Assembly: GCF_001194135.2 (NCBI RefSeq)
Contig: NC_068986.1
Span: 80,258,819-80,322,818 of the forward strand
DNA from: Octopus bimaculoides
Lineage: Eukaryota
DNA: 64,000 nt
Direction of reading: 5' to 3'
In this document: positions 38,396 through 51,659 of the stretch, piece after piece
Numbering within the stretch: position 1 is the stretch's first letter
Layout of the letters: each line of letters begins with the position of its first letter
Position numbers and translations under genes: made by a program
Notes under the pieces: model-generated
Databases searched by the model: none
The model's input: only the letters and a program-made list of their open reading frames with translations
Told to the model about the DNA's origin: nothing

Positions 38396-39260
38396 CAAGA
38401 TCTGATCAATAAGTATCCAGATTGTTGCAACAGTAACAAAGCTAGAGCACACAGAGTGAAGCTGCTTGGCACAGAGTGACCTTGGACTCTGCTGTGCATG
38501 CACACTAAGCTTTAACATTCTAGCTCACTTCCACAGTTTACAACAGTGTTTGGCGGGAAAGTGTGTAGTGCGTGATTGTCGCATTGACCATGACAGACAA
38601 AGTTACCATGGCAAAAGCTGCTCAGAGGCCTATATTAAGTTGCAGAAAGTGTATGGAGAGGAGTATATGAGCCACATGCAAGTGTACGAGTGGGTCAGAC
38701 GTATCCAAGATATCTGATAAAATGTTGATAGTGACAAACGTTCTAGGAGACCCGCAACCAGCAGAACTGAGAAAAACACCGCATATGTGCATGCAGCTGG
38801 GAAATTGTCGAATCACCATCTGTGAGTTATCAGAGGATGTGCAGATTAATTACAGTTCATTATCACTAAAGATTTAGGTATGAGACAGGTCTACCAGATT
38901 TGTGCCAAAACTGCTTTCAGCTGACCAAAAAGACACTCCAGTTTCAGTCGCACAAGATCTTAATTGTGTTGAGAACAATGAAAACTTTTTGAAAACTTTG
39001 TGTAGGCCTCTGAGCAGGTATCACCAAGTTTTTGGCAAAACTTGAAGCAGATTCTCTGCTCAACTTTCTCTGTGATGGTCAATACAATTATCACAGGCTA
39101 CATACATTTCTTCCAAGCAAGCACTGCTGTAAACAGCAGAAGTGAGCTAGAACATTAAAAATTAGTGCGCATGCACAGCAGAGTTCAAGGTCAATCTGTA
39201 CCAAGCAGCTTTAGCTTCATTACTATGACAACAGTCCAAATACTTACTGATCAGACCACG
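38396..39260 (+). mobile_element. Internally deleted mariner element
   Basis: TA flanks, long (~130 bp) imperfect TIRs, and decayed HTH-region peptides KSCSEAYIKLQKVYGEEYMSHMQVYEWVRR, DKRSRRPATSRTEKN and RFVPKLLSADQK. Confidence 0.85.
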
Positions 39261-39903
39261 TATACTCTTTGCAAGGAATATAATCCCCACATCACAGTTT
39301 GCTCATAGCATAACACATAGCATAAAGACATGCAATATAAGCATTCACTCATACACACAGGAACAAACATATGCAAGTGCACATGAGCACATGTGTGCAT
39401 GTATGTATTTATACAGCTCCCAGAGGCAATGTCAAGTGACCAAACTTATGGTGAACTGCTGTGCTCGAGAAGACACATCAAGCTAAGTGAAAGTGTGGTC
39501 ATGGCCAGTGACATGTGAAAGGCATCTATGCCGGTGACACATAGAAGAGACACCCAGTACACACTGTAGAATGGTTGGCATTAAGAAGGGTATCCAGCTG
39601 TGGAAACTAAGCCAAAACAGACAACTGGTGCCCGGTGCAGCTCTCTGGCTTACCATCCCAGTCAAACTATCAAACCCATGCCAGCATGGAAAACAAATGC
39701 TGATCACACACACAATTATCAATTCAACTCGCAGAGCATTGGACAGTCCAAGGGTATCAGGACCTACCCAAGGTACTAGGCAGTGAGACAGAACCCAAAA
39801 CTACATTATGGCAATTCCATATCCACACAGCTACGCCTGAGCCTAAACGTAACATTTAACCATTCATACATTGTAAACAACAATAGTTATACAATGCACT
39901 TAC

Positions 39904-40021
39904 TATTATAGGCCACATTCTGTATGTGAGATAACAGTATGTTCATGAGAACATCTAACATTTCAGCTTGTGGATGTTTCATCAACTGGTTAGTATTAAG
40001 ATCAAATTCAGTTTTAGCAAC
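39904..40021 (-). CDS. RRN3: RRN3 coding exon 8
   Basis: VAKTEFDLNTNQLMKHPQAEMLDVLMNILLSHIQNVAYN (human DQMVHPVAERLDILMSLVLSY). tgtag/gtaagt, 118 nt, phase 0/1. Confidence 0.92.
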
Positions 40022-40465
40022 CTACAAAAAANNNNNNNNNNNNNNNNNNNNNNNNNNNNNNNNNNNNNNNNNNNNNNNNNNNNNNNNNNNNNNNNNNNNN
40101 NNNNNNNNNNNNNNNNNNNNNNNNNNNNNNNNNNNNNNNNNNNNNNNNNNNNNNNNNNNNNNNNNNNNNNNNNNNNNNNNNNNNNNNNNNNNNNNNNNNN
40201 NNNNNNNNNNNNNNNNNNNNNNNNNNNNNNNNNNNNNNNNNNNNNNNNNNNNNNNNNNNNNNNNNNNNNNNNNNNNNNNNNNNNNNNNNNNNNNNNNNNN
40301 NNNNNNNNNNNNNNNNNNNNNNNNNNNNNNNNNNNNNNNNNNNNNNNNNNNNNNNNNNNNNNNNNNNNNNNNNNNNNNNNNNNNNNNNNNNNNNNNNNNN
40401 NNNNNNNNNNNNNNNNNNNNNNNNNNNNNNNNNNNNNNNNNNNNNNNNNNNNNNNNNNNNNNNNN

Positions 40466-40498
<33 letters not shown>

Positions 40499-41171
40499 AC
40501 AGCTGCATAAAGAAGTGCCAAACTCTAATTGTGGAGGGAAGCTGTGGAAGGAGTAGACCCAAGAAGATGTGGGACAGAGTGGTGAGATGAGATCTTTGGA
40601 CGCTCGGCTTCACTGAGGAAATGACAGAGGACCAGGAGATGTAGCAATTTGCTGTACTTGAGAAGACACATCAAGCTAAGTAAAACTACTGTCATCCAAA
40701 CATACAGGATTCTCCTTTATAGATGCTGATGCCACATAAAATGTACTCGTGCCAGTGCTGTATGAGAGCACCTAAGCTAGTGGCACATAAGCGCCCAGCA
40801 CACTCTGAGAAGTGGTTTGTATCAGGAAGGGCATCCAGCCCAAGAAATTAGACAATTGGAGTCTGGACAGCTCCTGTCAAACCATCCAACTTCTACTAGC
40901 ATGGAAAACAGATGTTAAACAATAATGATGATGATGATGGTGGCAGTGGTGGTGGTGTGGTGTGTGTTTGGCCCCCAATTGATAACTAGTGTTGGTTTGT
41001 TTACTTAGTGATTTGGCGAAAGAAACCAATAGAATAAGTGCCAGATTTTAAAGATAAGCACTGGAGGCCAATTTGTTTGACTAAACCCTCCAAGGAGGGT
41101 GTGCCAGCTTGGCTACAATTCAATGACTGCAACAAATAGAAGAACTGATAAATTCTGGTTATCAAACTTAC

Positions 41172-41240
41172 CACATCAATCATCTCAGTCAGATCATCAC
41201 TTTCATTCTCAGCAAATATTTCATGGTGAGGACTCAGCAA
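41172..41240 (-). CDS. RRN3: RRN3 coding exon 7
   Basis: LLSPHHEIFAENESDDLTEMIDV, an acidic low-conservation segment. tgtag/gtaagt, 69 nt, phase 0/0; fits between its neighbours. Confidence 0.78.
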
Positions 41241-41715
41241 CTACAATGAAAAGTAGTCAATTCATATCATACAAGCAGAAAAGTGAAAAGATAAGAAAAA
41301 ATAATTCTTTTTTCGAACTGAATCTAGAAGCAAATTTAAAGCTACAAACAAAAGCATATAAACAATGGGCTGAAAAACCCTTTTGAATAGAAAAAAAGTC
41401 AAAGGCTACTGGAGCCATGCGCCTTCACATAAATACATAATGTATAAATTCTGAGTTTAACAATGTGCAAAACAGATAAAAGTAAATAAAAATGAAGGAA
41501 GAGCTCAACCCATGTCAAACTCTTAAAAAAAGTGGCATGGCTATGTGATAAGAAGCTTGCTTCACAACCACATGGTTCAGGGTTCAGTCTCACTGCATGG
41601 AACCATATGCAAGTGTTTTCAACTATAGCCTTGGACGAACTTGTGAGTGGATTTAGTAGACAGAAACTAAAACCTGTCATATGTGTGTATGCATATACAT
41701 GCGTGCGTGCGTGTG

Positions 41716-41747
<32 letters not shown>

Positions 41748-41890
41748 TGTATGTGAGAGTTCTCCACCACTTCCATCACATCCCTTGACAACTGTAACTT
41801 AGCAGTTCAGCAAAAGGCACCAACAGAATAAGTACCAGGCTTTGATAAAATAAGTAATAAGGTTTGAAATAGTCAAAAAAATTTCTTCAT

Positions 41891-42052
41891 GGCACAGGCG
41901 TGGCTGTGTGGTAAGAAGCTTGCTTCTCAACCACATGGTTCTAGGTTCAGCCCCACTGCATAGCACCTTGGGTAAGTGTCTTCTACTATAGCCTCAGGCC
42001 AACCAAAGCCTTGTGAGTGGATTTGGTAGACAGAAACTGAAAGAAGCCCATC

Positions 42053-42148
<96 letters not shown>

Positions 42149-42351
42149 GTGTGTCTGTGTTTGTCCCCCAACCATCAGTTCACAACATTTGTTGGTATAT
42201 TTACATCCCTTAACTTAGTGGCCTGGCAAAAGAGACCGAAAGAATAAGTACTAGGCTTACAAAGAATAAGTCCTGGAGTTAATTTGTTTGACGAAAGGCA
42301 GTGCTCCAACATGGCCACAAACAAATGACTGAAAGAATAAAAGAATAAAGG
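41891..42351 (+). mobile_element. tRNA-headed SINE family A (near full-length representative)
   Basis: Head TGGCTGTGTGGTAAGAAGCTTGCTTC..GGTTCAGCCC, (TG)n(TA)n linker, core ..TAACTTAG..GGCAAAAGAGACCG.., tail AAAGAATAAAAG. Other copies or halves at ~210-350, 3670-3825, 16030-16200 plus 16590-16755, 18600-18850, 29170-29535, 41533-41860 and elsewhere. Confidence 0.85.
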
Positions 42352-42463
42352 TGATGCCCCAGCATAGCCACAGCCTAATGACTGAAACAAAAAAAAAAAA
42401 ATGGACACAAATTGAAACTTTTTCCTAAGTGACTACACTAGAAATTAAATACTTCTTACTTAC

Positions 42464-42632
42464 ATCAAAATTAACCATTTTTGTTATGATAAGTTCCAAG
42501 ATTTTGTAACGATGATCAGGCATGAACATTGAAATCTGTAGTAAATTTCGAGTATAGCATTCTACCGTGAAAACATTGCCTTTGAAATAAGGAAATTCTT
42601 TCGAAAGAAGACTCATTAAGACATTCGGCATC
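42464..42632 (-). CDS. RRN3: RRN3 coding exon 6
   Basis: MPNVLMSLLSKEFPYFKGNVFTVECYTRNLLQISMFMPDHRYKILELIITKMVNFD (human LMPILVEKFPF..LECYVHNLLRIS..ILELIIEKLLKLD). tacag/gtaagt, 169 nt, phase 2/0. Confidence 0.95.
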
Positions 42633-42761
42633 CTGTAAAGAAGAAAAGGAAAAGATAAAAAACCATTGTTTACAGTTTCCTGGTGTTATCAAGATAGAGG
42701 CAGACAGGTGAAACAAGGAAAATTATACAAGAGAAAAAGTAAACAAAATGGGATAACTTAC

Positions 42762-42864
42762 ATAGGCATATTGCCAAAGATAGATTTCAGAGCAAGCTGA
42801 ATGTGACCACATAATATCAAATGTTCTTTTTGTTGAATATCCACAGGAACAGAAGAATTTAACA
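42762..42864 (-). CDS. RRN3: RRN3 coding exon 5
   Basis: (V)LNSSVPVDIQQKEHLILCGHIQLALKSIFGNMP(M). tttag/gtaagt, 103 nt, phase 1/2. Confidence 0.88.
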
Positions 42865-43479
42865 CTAAAAAAAAAAAAATACAATAAAAGTTATACAAAC
42901 CAGGCCAGCAGATTTATTCTGCAATATTTACAAAAGAATAACTTAATTAAAAGAAAAGTTTGAAATTCTGAGCATTTTTCAACTCTAAAAGATAGCATGG
43001 TTTAGTGTTTAGGGTGATCGGCTCACAATCGTAAGATCAGGAGTTCAATTCCTGGCAGCGCGTTGTATTCTTGAGCAAGACACTTTCTTTTACATTGCTC
43101 CAGTTCACTCAACAAGCAAAAATGAGTTGTACATGTAATTCAAAAGGCCGGCTTTGTCACATTCTGTGTCATGCTGAATCTCCCTGAGAAATGCATTATG
43201 GGTACATGTGTCTGTGGAATGCTCAGCAACTTGCACATTAATTTCACAAACAGGCTGTTCCATTGATCAGATCAACTGGAATCCTTGTCATAACCAACAT
43301 TTTTCATGCTGGCAAGGGTTGGATGGTTTAACTGAAGTTTGTGAGGCAAGGAGTCACACCTAATCCCATGGTCTGTTCAAGCATGGCTTCTATGGCAGGA
43401 GGTACCTCCTAATGTCAAGCCCTCCACTGAGTATATAGAGTGCTTTTTATGTGGCACCAGCACTGGTATCAATTCAGCT

Positions 43480-43845
43480 GTGACAGATAGGTCTTCTTGA
43501 GTACAGAAAGGCACTAGATATCTCGATCCTTAGTCATCTCCTTTGTAAGGTTCAGTGTCTTGAGATCGGCCTTCGATATTTGGTCCCATGTCTTCCTGGG
43601 TCTTCTTCCACAATTTCCTTCCAGTTTAAGTGATCAGCACTTCTGTATGCAACTGTCAACATCCATATGCATCATATGACCAAACCAGTGCAATCTTCTC
43701 TCTTGCACACTGCATCTAATTCCTCTTATGTCCAACTTTTCCCTCGATACACTGCCACAAATGTACAGACATGTGTTCATATACATGTATCATACAATCT
43801 TCCTTTCATTCGGGGAGAGAGAGAGACCTTTGGTTGCCAACAGGA
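43480..43845 (-). mobile_element. RTE LINE 3' fragment
   Basis: Nucleotide similarity to 52200-52640 (catgtcttcctgggtct, accaaaccagtgcaatcttctctcttgcac). Another fragment lies at ~46360-46530. Confidence 0.7.
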
Positions 43846-45429
43846 ATCAGTATACAGAAAATAAAAAGGGTATTGTCCCAGCATGTCCACAACCTAGTTA
43901 CTATTAACTATTTAAAAAATTAAAATGCTGCAACAACTCCATTGAGTTTATCAAATACAACACCCATCATAAACTATGCTGTTCTACTGATTGTATGGTT
44001 CTAAGTTCAATCTCATAACTGCAATATTTTTTTGTTTTGTTTTGATAGTGTTAATGAGGACACACAGAATCAACATTCACACATAAACAGGTTTCTTTCA
44101 GTTTCTGTCAAGCAGATCCGTTTATAAAGCACTGGTCACCCCAAGGTGACCAGTGTTTTATATATAGTAGAAAAAACTTGCACAAAATGCCATGCATTGA
44201 ATATGAAATCACGATTTCAAAACTAACTTTCTAATCATACATCTATGCTTGCACCTAAATGTACGTTTGTGCCTATTACATGTCATCAAAAACACCAGGT
44301 GAAATGACAGACAAAAATAAATACACACATAGGCACAGGCATGGCTGAGTGGTTAAGAAGTGCAACCCATGTAATTTCAGGTTTAGTCCCATTGCACAGC
44401 ACCTTGATCAAGTATTTTCTACTATATCCCTAAGTCAACTAATGCTTTATGAATGAATACACTAGATGGAAACTGTGTGGAAGCCATTCATATGTATGTG
44501 TGTGTTTCTGTGCATATATATACGTATATACATACACATACATATATAGATATATAAAAAAAACAAAAATAAGAACTCTGTCAGTTATGATGACGAGGGT
44601 TCTCGTTCAACAGAACAGCTTGCTTGTGAAATTAACATGCAAGTGGCTGAACACTCCACAGACACACATACCCTTAACATAGTTCTCATGGAGATTCAGC
44701 ATGACACAGAATGTGCCAAGGCTGATCCTTTGAAAAATAGGTACTACTCATTTTTGCCAGCTGAGTGGACTGGGGCAACATGAAATAAAGAGTCTTGCTC
44801 AAGGACACAATACATCCCCAGGAATTGAACTCACACTCTTACGATCATGAGCTGAATACCCTAACCCACACGCCTTCACATTCCTATATATAGATATATA
44901 TATATATACATCATCATCATCGTTTAACATCCGCTTTCCATGCTAGCATGGGTTGGACGATTTGACTGGGGACTGGTGAAACCGGATGGCAACACCAGCT
45001 TCCAATCTGATTTGGCAAAGTTTCTACAGCTGGATGCCCTTCCTAACGTTAACCACTCAGAGAGTGTAGTGGGTGCTTTTACGTGTCACCTGCACGAAGG
45101 CCAGTCAGGCGGTACTGGCAACGGCCACGCTCAAAATGGTGTATTTTATGTGCCACCCGCACAGGAGCCAGTCCAGGGGCACTGGCAACGATCTCGCTCG
45201 AAAATCCTACGAAGGCCAGTCAGGCAGTACTGGTGTTTCTGTTGCCCTCTAGCAGGAAGGGAAAAAGACCAACAGAATAAGTATCACACTTAAAAGTAAC
45301 TATTGGGGTCAATTTATTTGACTATATTGTTCCAAGACGGTGCCCCATCATGGCTACAACAGTCCAATGAGTGAAACAAGCAAAAGATAAAAAGATAAAT
45401 CTATAAATTTTCAAATCATTATTACTTAC

Positions 45430-45556
45430 CAGGTTTAAAATGTTGCAACAACTTCTGAAGAATGAATTTTAAGTGAACAGGTTGTGCCACAACCAATCTT
45501 TTAAGAAATGATAGATAGTGTTTGCTCAGAGCTTCATTTACAAACCAATTTACAAT
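45430..45556 (-). CDS. RRN3: RRN3 coding exon 4
   Basis: IVNWFVNEALSKHYLSFLKRLVVAQPVHLKFILQKLLQHFKP (human LPWL..EYLAFLGNLVSAQ..HFVP). ttcag/gtaagt, 127 nt, phase 0/1. Confidence 0.9.
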
Positions 45557-47654
45557 CTGAAAAAAATGCAAAAGAAAGTGTTATGATGTTAGTATACAAG
45601 CATGGTGTAAATTGGTATTACACAAATAAATAGTCAGTTGCGGTTATCTAAAAATAACATGCCGCAGAAATATATATTAACATAAAACGCACTCCGTACT
45701 ACTTCAACATAGGTACAATAGTCAGTAATCACTGTTCAACTACTGACTGTTAGTTTGTCGTGTGTTGGTTTAACATAGTCAAATTAACAACATCAACTGT
45801 CCTCCCTGACAGTTCACTCAGTTTTTATTTATTGCAATCGGTTAGTCCACCTTCGGCCATGTGAGAGAGTTTAGAGTTCTCCCATAACTGAGAAAAAAGA
45901 ACATCACTATTTTGGCTGAATCCAAAAATAAAATTATGCAAAAAACGATGTACAGTTAATTAAACACCTCAGATAATCAGAAAACAAAAAGTTGGTTTGA
46001 GGAGGATCTGAACATAGACACTGAACAGATGACAACAGAGTAATACAGGACTTTATAAGGCAAGATGCAGGAAATTTTAACAAACACATATGTAGTGTGC
46101 AAGAGAGAGTACTGTGCTGGTATGGTCATATCATCATCGTTACCATTTAATGTTCACTTTCCATGCTGACATGGGTTAGACAGTTTAACCAGAACTGGTA
46201 AGCTGGAGAGCTGTACCAGGTTCCAGTCTGATTTGGCATGGTTTCTACAGCTGGATGCCCTTCCTAATGCCAACCACCTCAAGAGTGTCTTTTACAGCTC
46301 ACCGGCATGGGTGCCTGTTACAAGTCACCACCACAACTATGATTTTCACTTGGCTTGACGAGTCTTCTCAACCACAACAAATCACCAAAGGTCTCGATCA
46401 CTTGTCATTGCCTCTGTGAGACCCAACATTTGAAGATCAGGTTTCACCACTTCATACCATGTCTTCCTGGGTCTACCTCTGCCACAAGTTCCCTCCACAG
46501 TTAGCAATCAGTACTTCTTTTACACAGTTGTCCTTGTCCAGTTGTATAAAAAAAAAAATGTCAAGTGCTCAAAACAAATGGAACCTTTCCAAGGAGACCT
46601 AGAAAGACATAAGACGCTGAATCTCATAATGAGATAACAAAGAATTGTGACAAGCTGCAGCACATGGAACTGAAGAAGATCTACCACCCATATAAACGTG
46701 GCAAAATGGATGTTAAAATAGTGAGGATGGAGGTTGGAATGTATATCTTCATTTGAGTTATTTGCTGATTATTTTCTCCATCTACTGCCTCCCCACCTCT
46801 TCTATCTACTCTCTCATATTCACTATAATATTGCCTGCTGTATAATGAAAGATAACACTAGCTCTGCTTGTATTCAATCCTCACCAATCATTAAGGAAAG
46901 CATTGGATGTCCATACAAAATACCCACCACCCACACAAAAATTTGACAAAGCAGGAATAAATGGGTTAATTTTATATAAATTATTCCCTGCAGCATTCAC
47001 ATTCATGAAAACATGGAAAAATATTCACAAGACAAGCCACTTACCCAACATGAACTTATACAGTTTCAACACACCAGCCACATGGTTAATTAAACAGATA
47101 TGAGAACTAGATTTTGAAGTTTTTTTGTTTTTTTTTTAACGGTTTTGATCTCTTGTTTGTTGTATTAATTATATTTTATGTTACTCATTTACTTGCTACT
47201 TTTTATTCACATGACATTTTACTTAAAATTTCACACTGTATGAAAAACTTTCATCATCATCATTTAACATTCATTTCCCATGCTGGCATGGGTTAGACGA
47301 TTTGACTGGAACTGCTAAGCTAGAGAGCTGCACCAGACTCCAGTATGTTTTGGCTTGGTTTCTATGGCTGGATGCTCTTCCTGATACCAACCACTACACA
47401 GTGTATTGGGTTCTTTTACATGTCAGCAGCACTGGCCATGACCAGGATTTAACTTAGCTTGACACGTTTTTTCAAGTACAGCAAATTGCCAGAAGTCTCA
47501 TATTCTTCTTCAACAAAATTCCTTACACAACATCTTGAATAGCATTTATTCTGCATGTATTACTGAAAAATTAGGTATTAATTATAAAACTGAAGAACAG
47601 GAATGTGCTTATTAGTAATAGTCTTTAATATCTTTGTGAAAACTGGGAGACAGC

Positions 47655-48560
47655 ATATTCTGGTCGTTGTTTAATGTCTGCTTTCCATGATGGCAAGCTA
47701 GAAGGCTGCACCAGGCTCCAATCTGATCTGGCAAAGTTTCTACAGGTGGATGCTCTTCCTAACGCCAACCACTCTGAGAATGTAGTGGGTGCTTTGTCAT
47801 GCTTCACCACCTCATCCCAGGTTTTCCTGGATCTACCTCTTCCACAGGTTCCCTCTACTGCTAAGGTGTGACACTTTTTTGCACAGCTGTCCTCATCCAT
47901 TCACAACACATGACCATACCAGCGCAGTCGTCTCTCTTGCACATCACATCTGATGTTTCTTCAGTCCAACTTTCCTCTCTGTTGTGCAAGTACACTGGCA
48001 TTACACATCCAGCAGAGCATACTTGCTTCATTCCTTGCAAGCTTACGCATGTCCACAGCAGTCACGGTCCATGCGTCAAACAATCTACCTTTTACTCTGA
48101 GTGAGAGGCCTTTTCTCTCTAGCAGAGGTAGGAGCTCTCTGAACTTTGCCCATACTATTCTTATTCTAGCAGCTACACTTTCAGAGCATCCAACCCCGCA
48201 ACTGACTTGGTCACCTAGATAATGGAAGCTATCAACTACTTGTAGTTTTTTCCCCTGGAATGTGATGGAAGCTGTTGTCTTCACATTTTCAGTGTTTATT
48301 GGTCCTGAGCATTTGTCACACACAAAAACTATCTTTCCAGTTAGCCTTCCTTTGATATTGTTGCACTTCTTATGTGTCCATAGCTTACACTGGGTATATT
48401 TTATGGAGTTTCTACCTACGCCTTTTCTACAAATCAAGCAGGGCCATCTACCTGAATGGATTTGTGGCTTGTCTGCCTTCCTACTTATTAAGACTTTGGC
48501 TTTTGCTAGGTTGATTCTAAGGCCCTTCAATTCTAGACCTTGCTTTCATACCTGAAACTG
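47655..48560 (-). mobile_element. RTE-clade LINE 3' fragment with internal deletions
   Basis: KGLRINLAKAKVL..FHYLGDQVS..ARIRIVWAKFRELLPLL..GRGRSRKTWDEVVKHD, joined directly to the tail. Confidence 0.9.
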
Positions 48561-48731
48561 CTGTAGTTCTGTGGTTACAAAAGGTTTTACAAAGTTAAAA
48601 CCTAAAAGTAAGGCAACACATCCCATGCTGTCACCATATCACTAAGAAACACATCCCATACGAATTTTTTAGAGATGCCAAGCAACTAATCAAAAAAAAA
48701 AAAAAAAAAAAAAAAAAGCAGCATTACTCAC

Positions 48732-48821
48732 CGATACATCTCGCACAAAATCATAGTAACGCCCATCCAGGAGACTAACACAATCCTGGAAGTCAGTCAG
48801 GTAGGCTTTTAATAACTTCAC
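48732..48821 (-). CDS. RRN3: RRN3 coding exon 3
   Basis: VKLLKAYLTDFQDCVSLLDGRYYDFVRDVS. ctcag acceptor, gtgagt donor, 90 nt, phase 0/0. Confidence 0.85.
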
Positions 48822-49476
48822 CTGAGAAAAAGAAATGTAACAATACATTCAATGCATTCATTTTGATAGAATTTCTATTTACAAGGAAGCTTATTAATCC
48901 TTTTAATACCAACCCACTCGGAACCACCCCTGGTTCTGTGATGTTCTGAATACCCGCTTAGTAAACATAAATTTATTTTAATATATTCTTCATTATATTT
49001 TTTAATTAACTGAAATAAAGAGTGTTATTCAAAAGAACTATGGTAATAAAAGGGTTAATGAACAGCTCAAGAAAAGTATGCTGATAATAAGAAATATTGT
49101 ATCTTCACAAAATTATATAGATACACTTCTTCTGGTCAACTATTGTACTATTGTCAGTCAATATAGCATAATATTCACGAATATGAGAAGCTACTACTTA
49201 CCTGATTAAGGGGTGAGGGTTGATAGATGAAAGCGAAAAAGGTTTTAAAACTACCAACATGATAAATAGCATACTTACAGGAAGCTATTCAAATTTTAAC
49301 AAATTTTAAACTATTTTTTCAACAACTTTGACTCTTTAAACATACAGAAAGCAACTTCCATAATTATACAATGAACCTCAATTCTAACTCAGTAATTCCC
49401 CAAAACAAACAGGATTTCATTGATAAAAAAAATCAGGTATCTTAGTTTAGGTGGTCTTCTCTGGCTTATTGGTTAA

Positions 49477-49696
49477 CCTTTTAGCATTTTAACTAGCCAC
49501 ATCCAGTCTAAATATTCTACTTGATGTATGCTCAAATTGGCTAGATTCTGCTTCTCACAGCTACCCTACAATGTTATTCTAGAAATATACAATCACATCA
49601 TTCAAATTTCTAAGCTATAAGATAATGCATGATTAATTCAAAACAATATGAATACATAAGTATCACAATTAAAAAAGTAATCTGAATGCTAAAGGG
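49477..49696. mobile_element. piggyBac-like MITE (TTAA TSD)
   Basis: TTAA|CCTTTTAGCATT ... AATGCTAAAGGG|TTAA, internally similar to 22587-22795, ~117 bp from RRN3 exon 2. Confidence 0.8.
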
Positions 49697-49812
49697 TTAA
49701 ACATAACATAAGAATTTAAAATGAAAATTTAAAAAAAAAATTGATAAATAATTTTAGCCATTCAAACAATTACATGTTACAATGATCTACAATTGTACAA
49801 TCTCTTACTTAC

Positions 49813-49866
49813 ATCTTGATACTTTTTTAACTGGGTCATAAGATCCAGGTAGAGGTCGTTTTTCCC
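49813..49866 (-). CDS. RRN3: RRN3 coding exon 2
   Basis: GKNDLYLDLMTQLKKYQD (human GETNDFELLKNQL). ttcag acceptor, gtaagt donor, 54 nt, phase 0/0. Confidence 0.85.
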
Positions 49867-50269
49867 CTGAAATAAAAAATATAGAAAAACAACTGAATGA
49901 CAATATTCATCCTTATCAAACTATTTAGAAAATAATGATAAAAATGTGAGCAAAAGAAAATCCAAACGAGAAACATTCCAAAGTTTAAATTGAATTTTGT
50001 TTTTTTTTTTTAAATCTTTCCATTTTAGCAGGAGCTGAACATTTTGGATATCTGAAAGAACTGTTGAAACAAATGTTTCACAAGAAGATGCTTTTTATAA
50101 AGACACTGTACACTGATAAGTAAGCAGACACAAATAGAATAACATACCTATTCCAGAGTGCAAAGCGAAAGGGCTAAATTGTGATTTCTAAGACAGTATC
50201 TCTATAATTCATTACTGAATCACAAATTAACATCAAGTCTGCTCTGATCCACTGGAAGCATTTGAAGAC

Positions 50270-50710
50270 AATTTGTGTGATCTGGTGACAGGTAATGCAA
50301 TATCAACATATCTTTGCGATTCAGAAATGACGGCTCAGTCCATAAGAATGGCATCAGATCTCTTCTCCAAAGCTTAAGAAGTTCAAGAACCAGTGATCAG
50401 CAGAAGACATGATGACTGTTTTGGGGGATGACAACGGTGTTAAGCTGCTTGATTCTCTGAAAGGTGGCTGTACTATGAAACACTTAAGAAGATTAGGGAA
50501 GCCATTAGAAAGGAGAGACCAAAGAATTTGAGAACACATGTTTGGCAACAAATTAGCAAACTGAACTGATCAGTGGTCCCCATTCAGTGTACAACCCAGA
50601 TCTGGCACCCTCCAACTTCCATCTGTTCAATCCAATGAAATTTTCAAGGACAATGATTCGATGACAAAGGATAGTGAAAGCAGCTGTGAAGTAGATGCAA
50701 AAGGATTAAA
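50270..50710 (+). mobile_element. Mariner transposase catalytic-domain relic
   Basis: Frameshifted LVTGN.., KKFKNQ*SAEDMMTVLGDDNGVKLLD, and YNPDLAPSNFHLF (50590-50628), which matches the mariner YSPDLAPSDFHLF motif. Confidence 0.75.
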
Positions 50711-51659
50711 GAGGTGAATTCAAAAGATGATACAGGTGATGTCGCTTGTGATGGAGACTATGTTAAATCTTACTGTTGCATAGAAGAGTTACTGTATCAA
50801 CACTTGCAATTTGAATAACTTGTCAGTTAATAAGAGTTATGGCCATTTTTGCATGACTTTCAGTACAACCTTCATGATTCACTCCAGCTCCAAAACAGCT
50901 AACTGGAAAACAGAAATCATTCCCCGAGGCCCGACTCATTGCCTCCACCACACAACTAGACTCTGTAGCCATAAAATCCCAAGTGATTCACTTGCAAATG
51001 TACTGTAACAATAAAAGTAAAGAAAGAATACAAGCTACAACATGAGATAAGTACTACTCCTATTGAAAAAGCCACCATAATTGCTACCCACTATAATCTC
51101 TCTCCATCAATAGGAGTCTATCCTAATCTTTAGAAACATAATCCCAAGAAGAGCAACCTCTAAGATTTTGCTATTTACAATCCCTCACTCTTGCTTCTAA
51201 CATCAGAAAGGTAATAGAAACAGTTATTAGCAATCACCCCTATCTCTTTTTAACCTCTGTTACAGAGAGAGGGAAAAAAAAAAAAATCAGTGTTAACAGC
51301 TACAATTAACATTTCTGACAAATGAACGTCAATTTATTGGGAGTTAATATGGTCAGAATTCATTACTTTAGGTTAATGGCTTAAAATTAGGGGTAAATAG
51401 CAGGAAGAGAAAATAAGAGCTAACTAATCATAAAACAACAGCTAGCAGCAATTGTTAGTGTAGGAGATTCATTCAACTGACTAATAACTCTTCCCTTCCG
51501 AAAGGTGCATGCTCGTGTGGTTCTGGGATCAAGCCCACTGTACTGTACTTTGAGCAAGCGCTTTCTATTATAGTCTCAGGTTTACCAATACACTGTTTAT
51601 ACAATTCTGGAAAAATCTATGCAAAAGTTCACTCCATGTGAGTGTGTATTTATGTTGTC

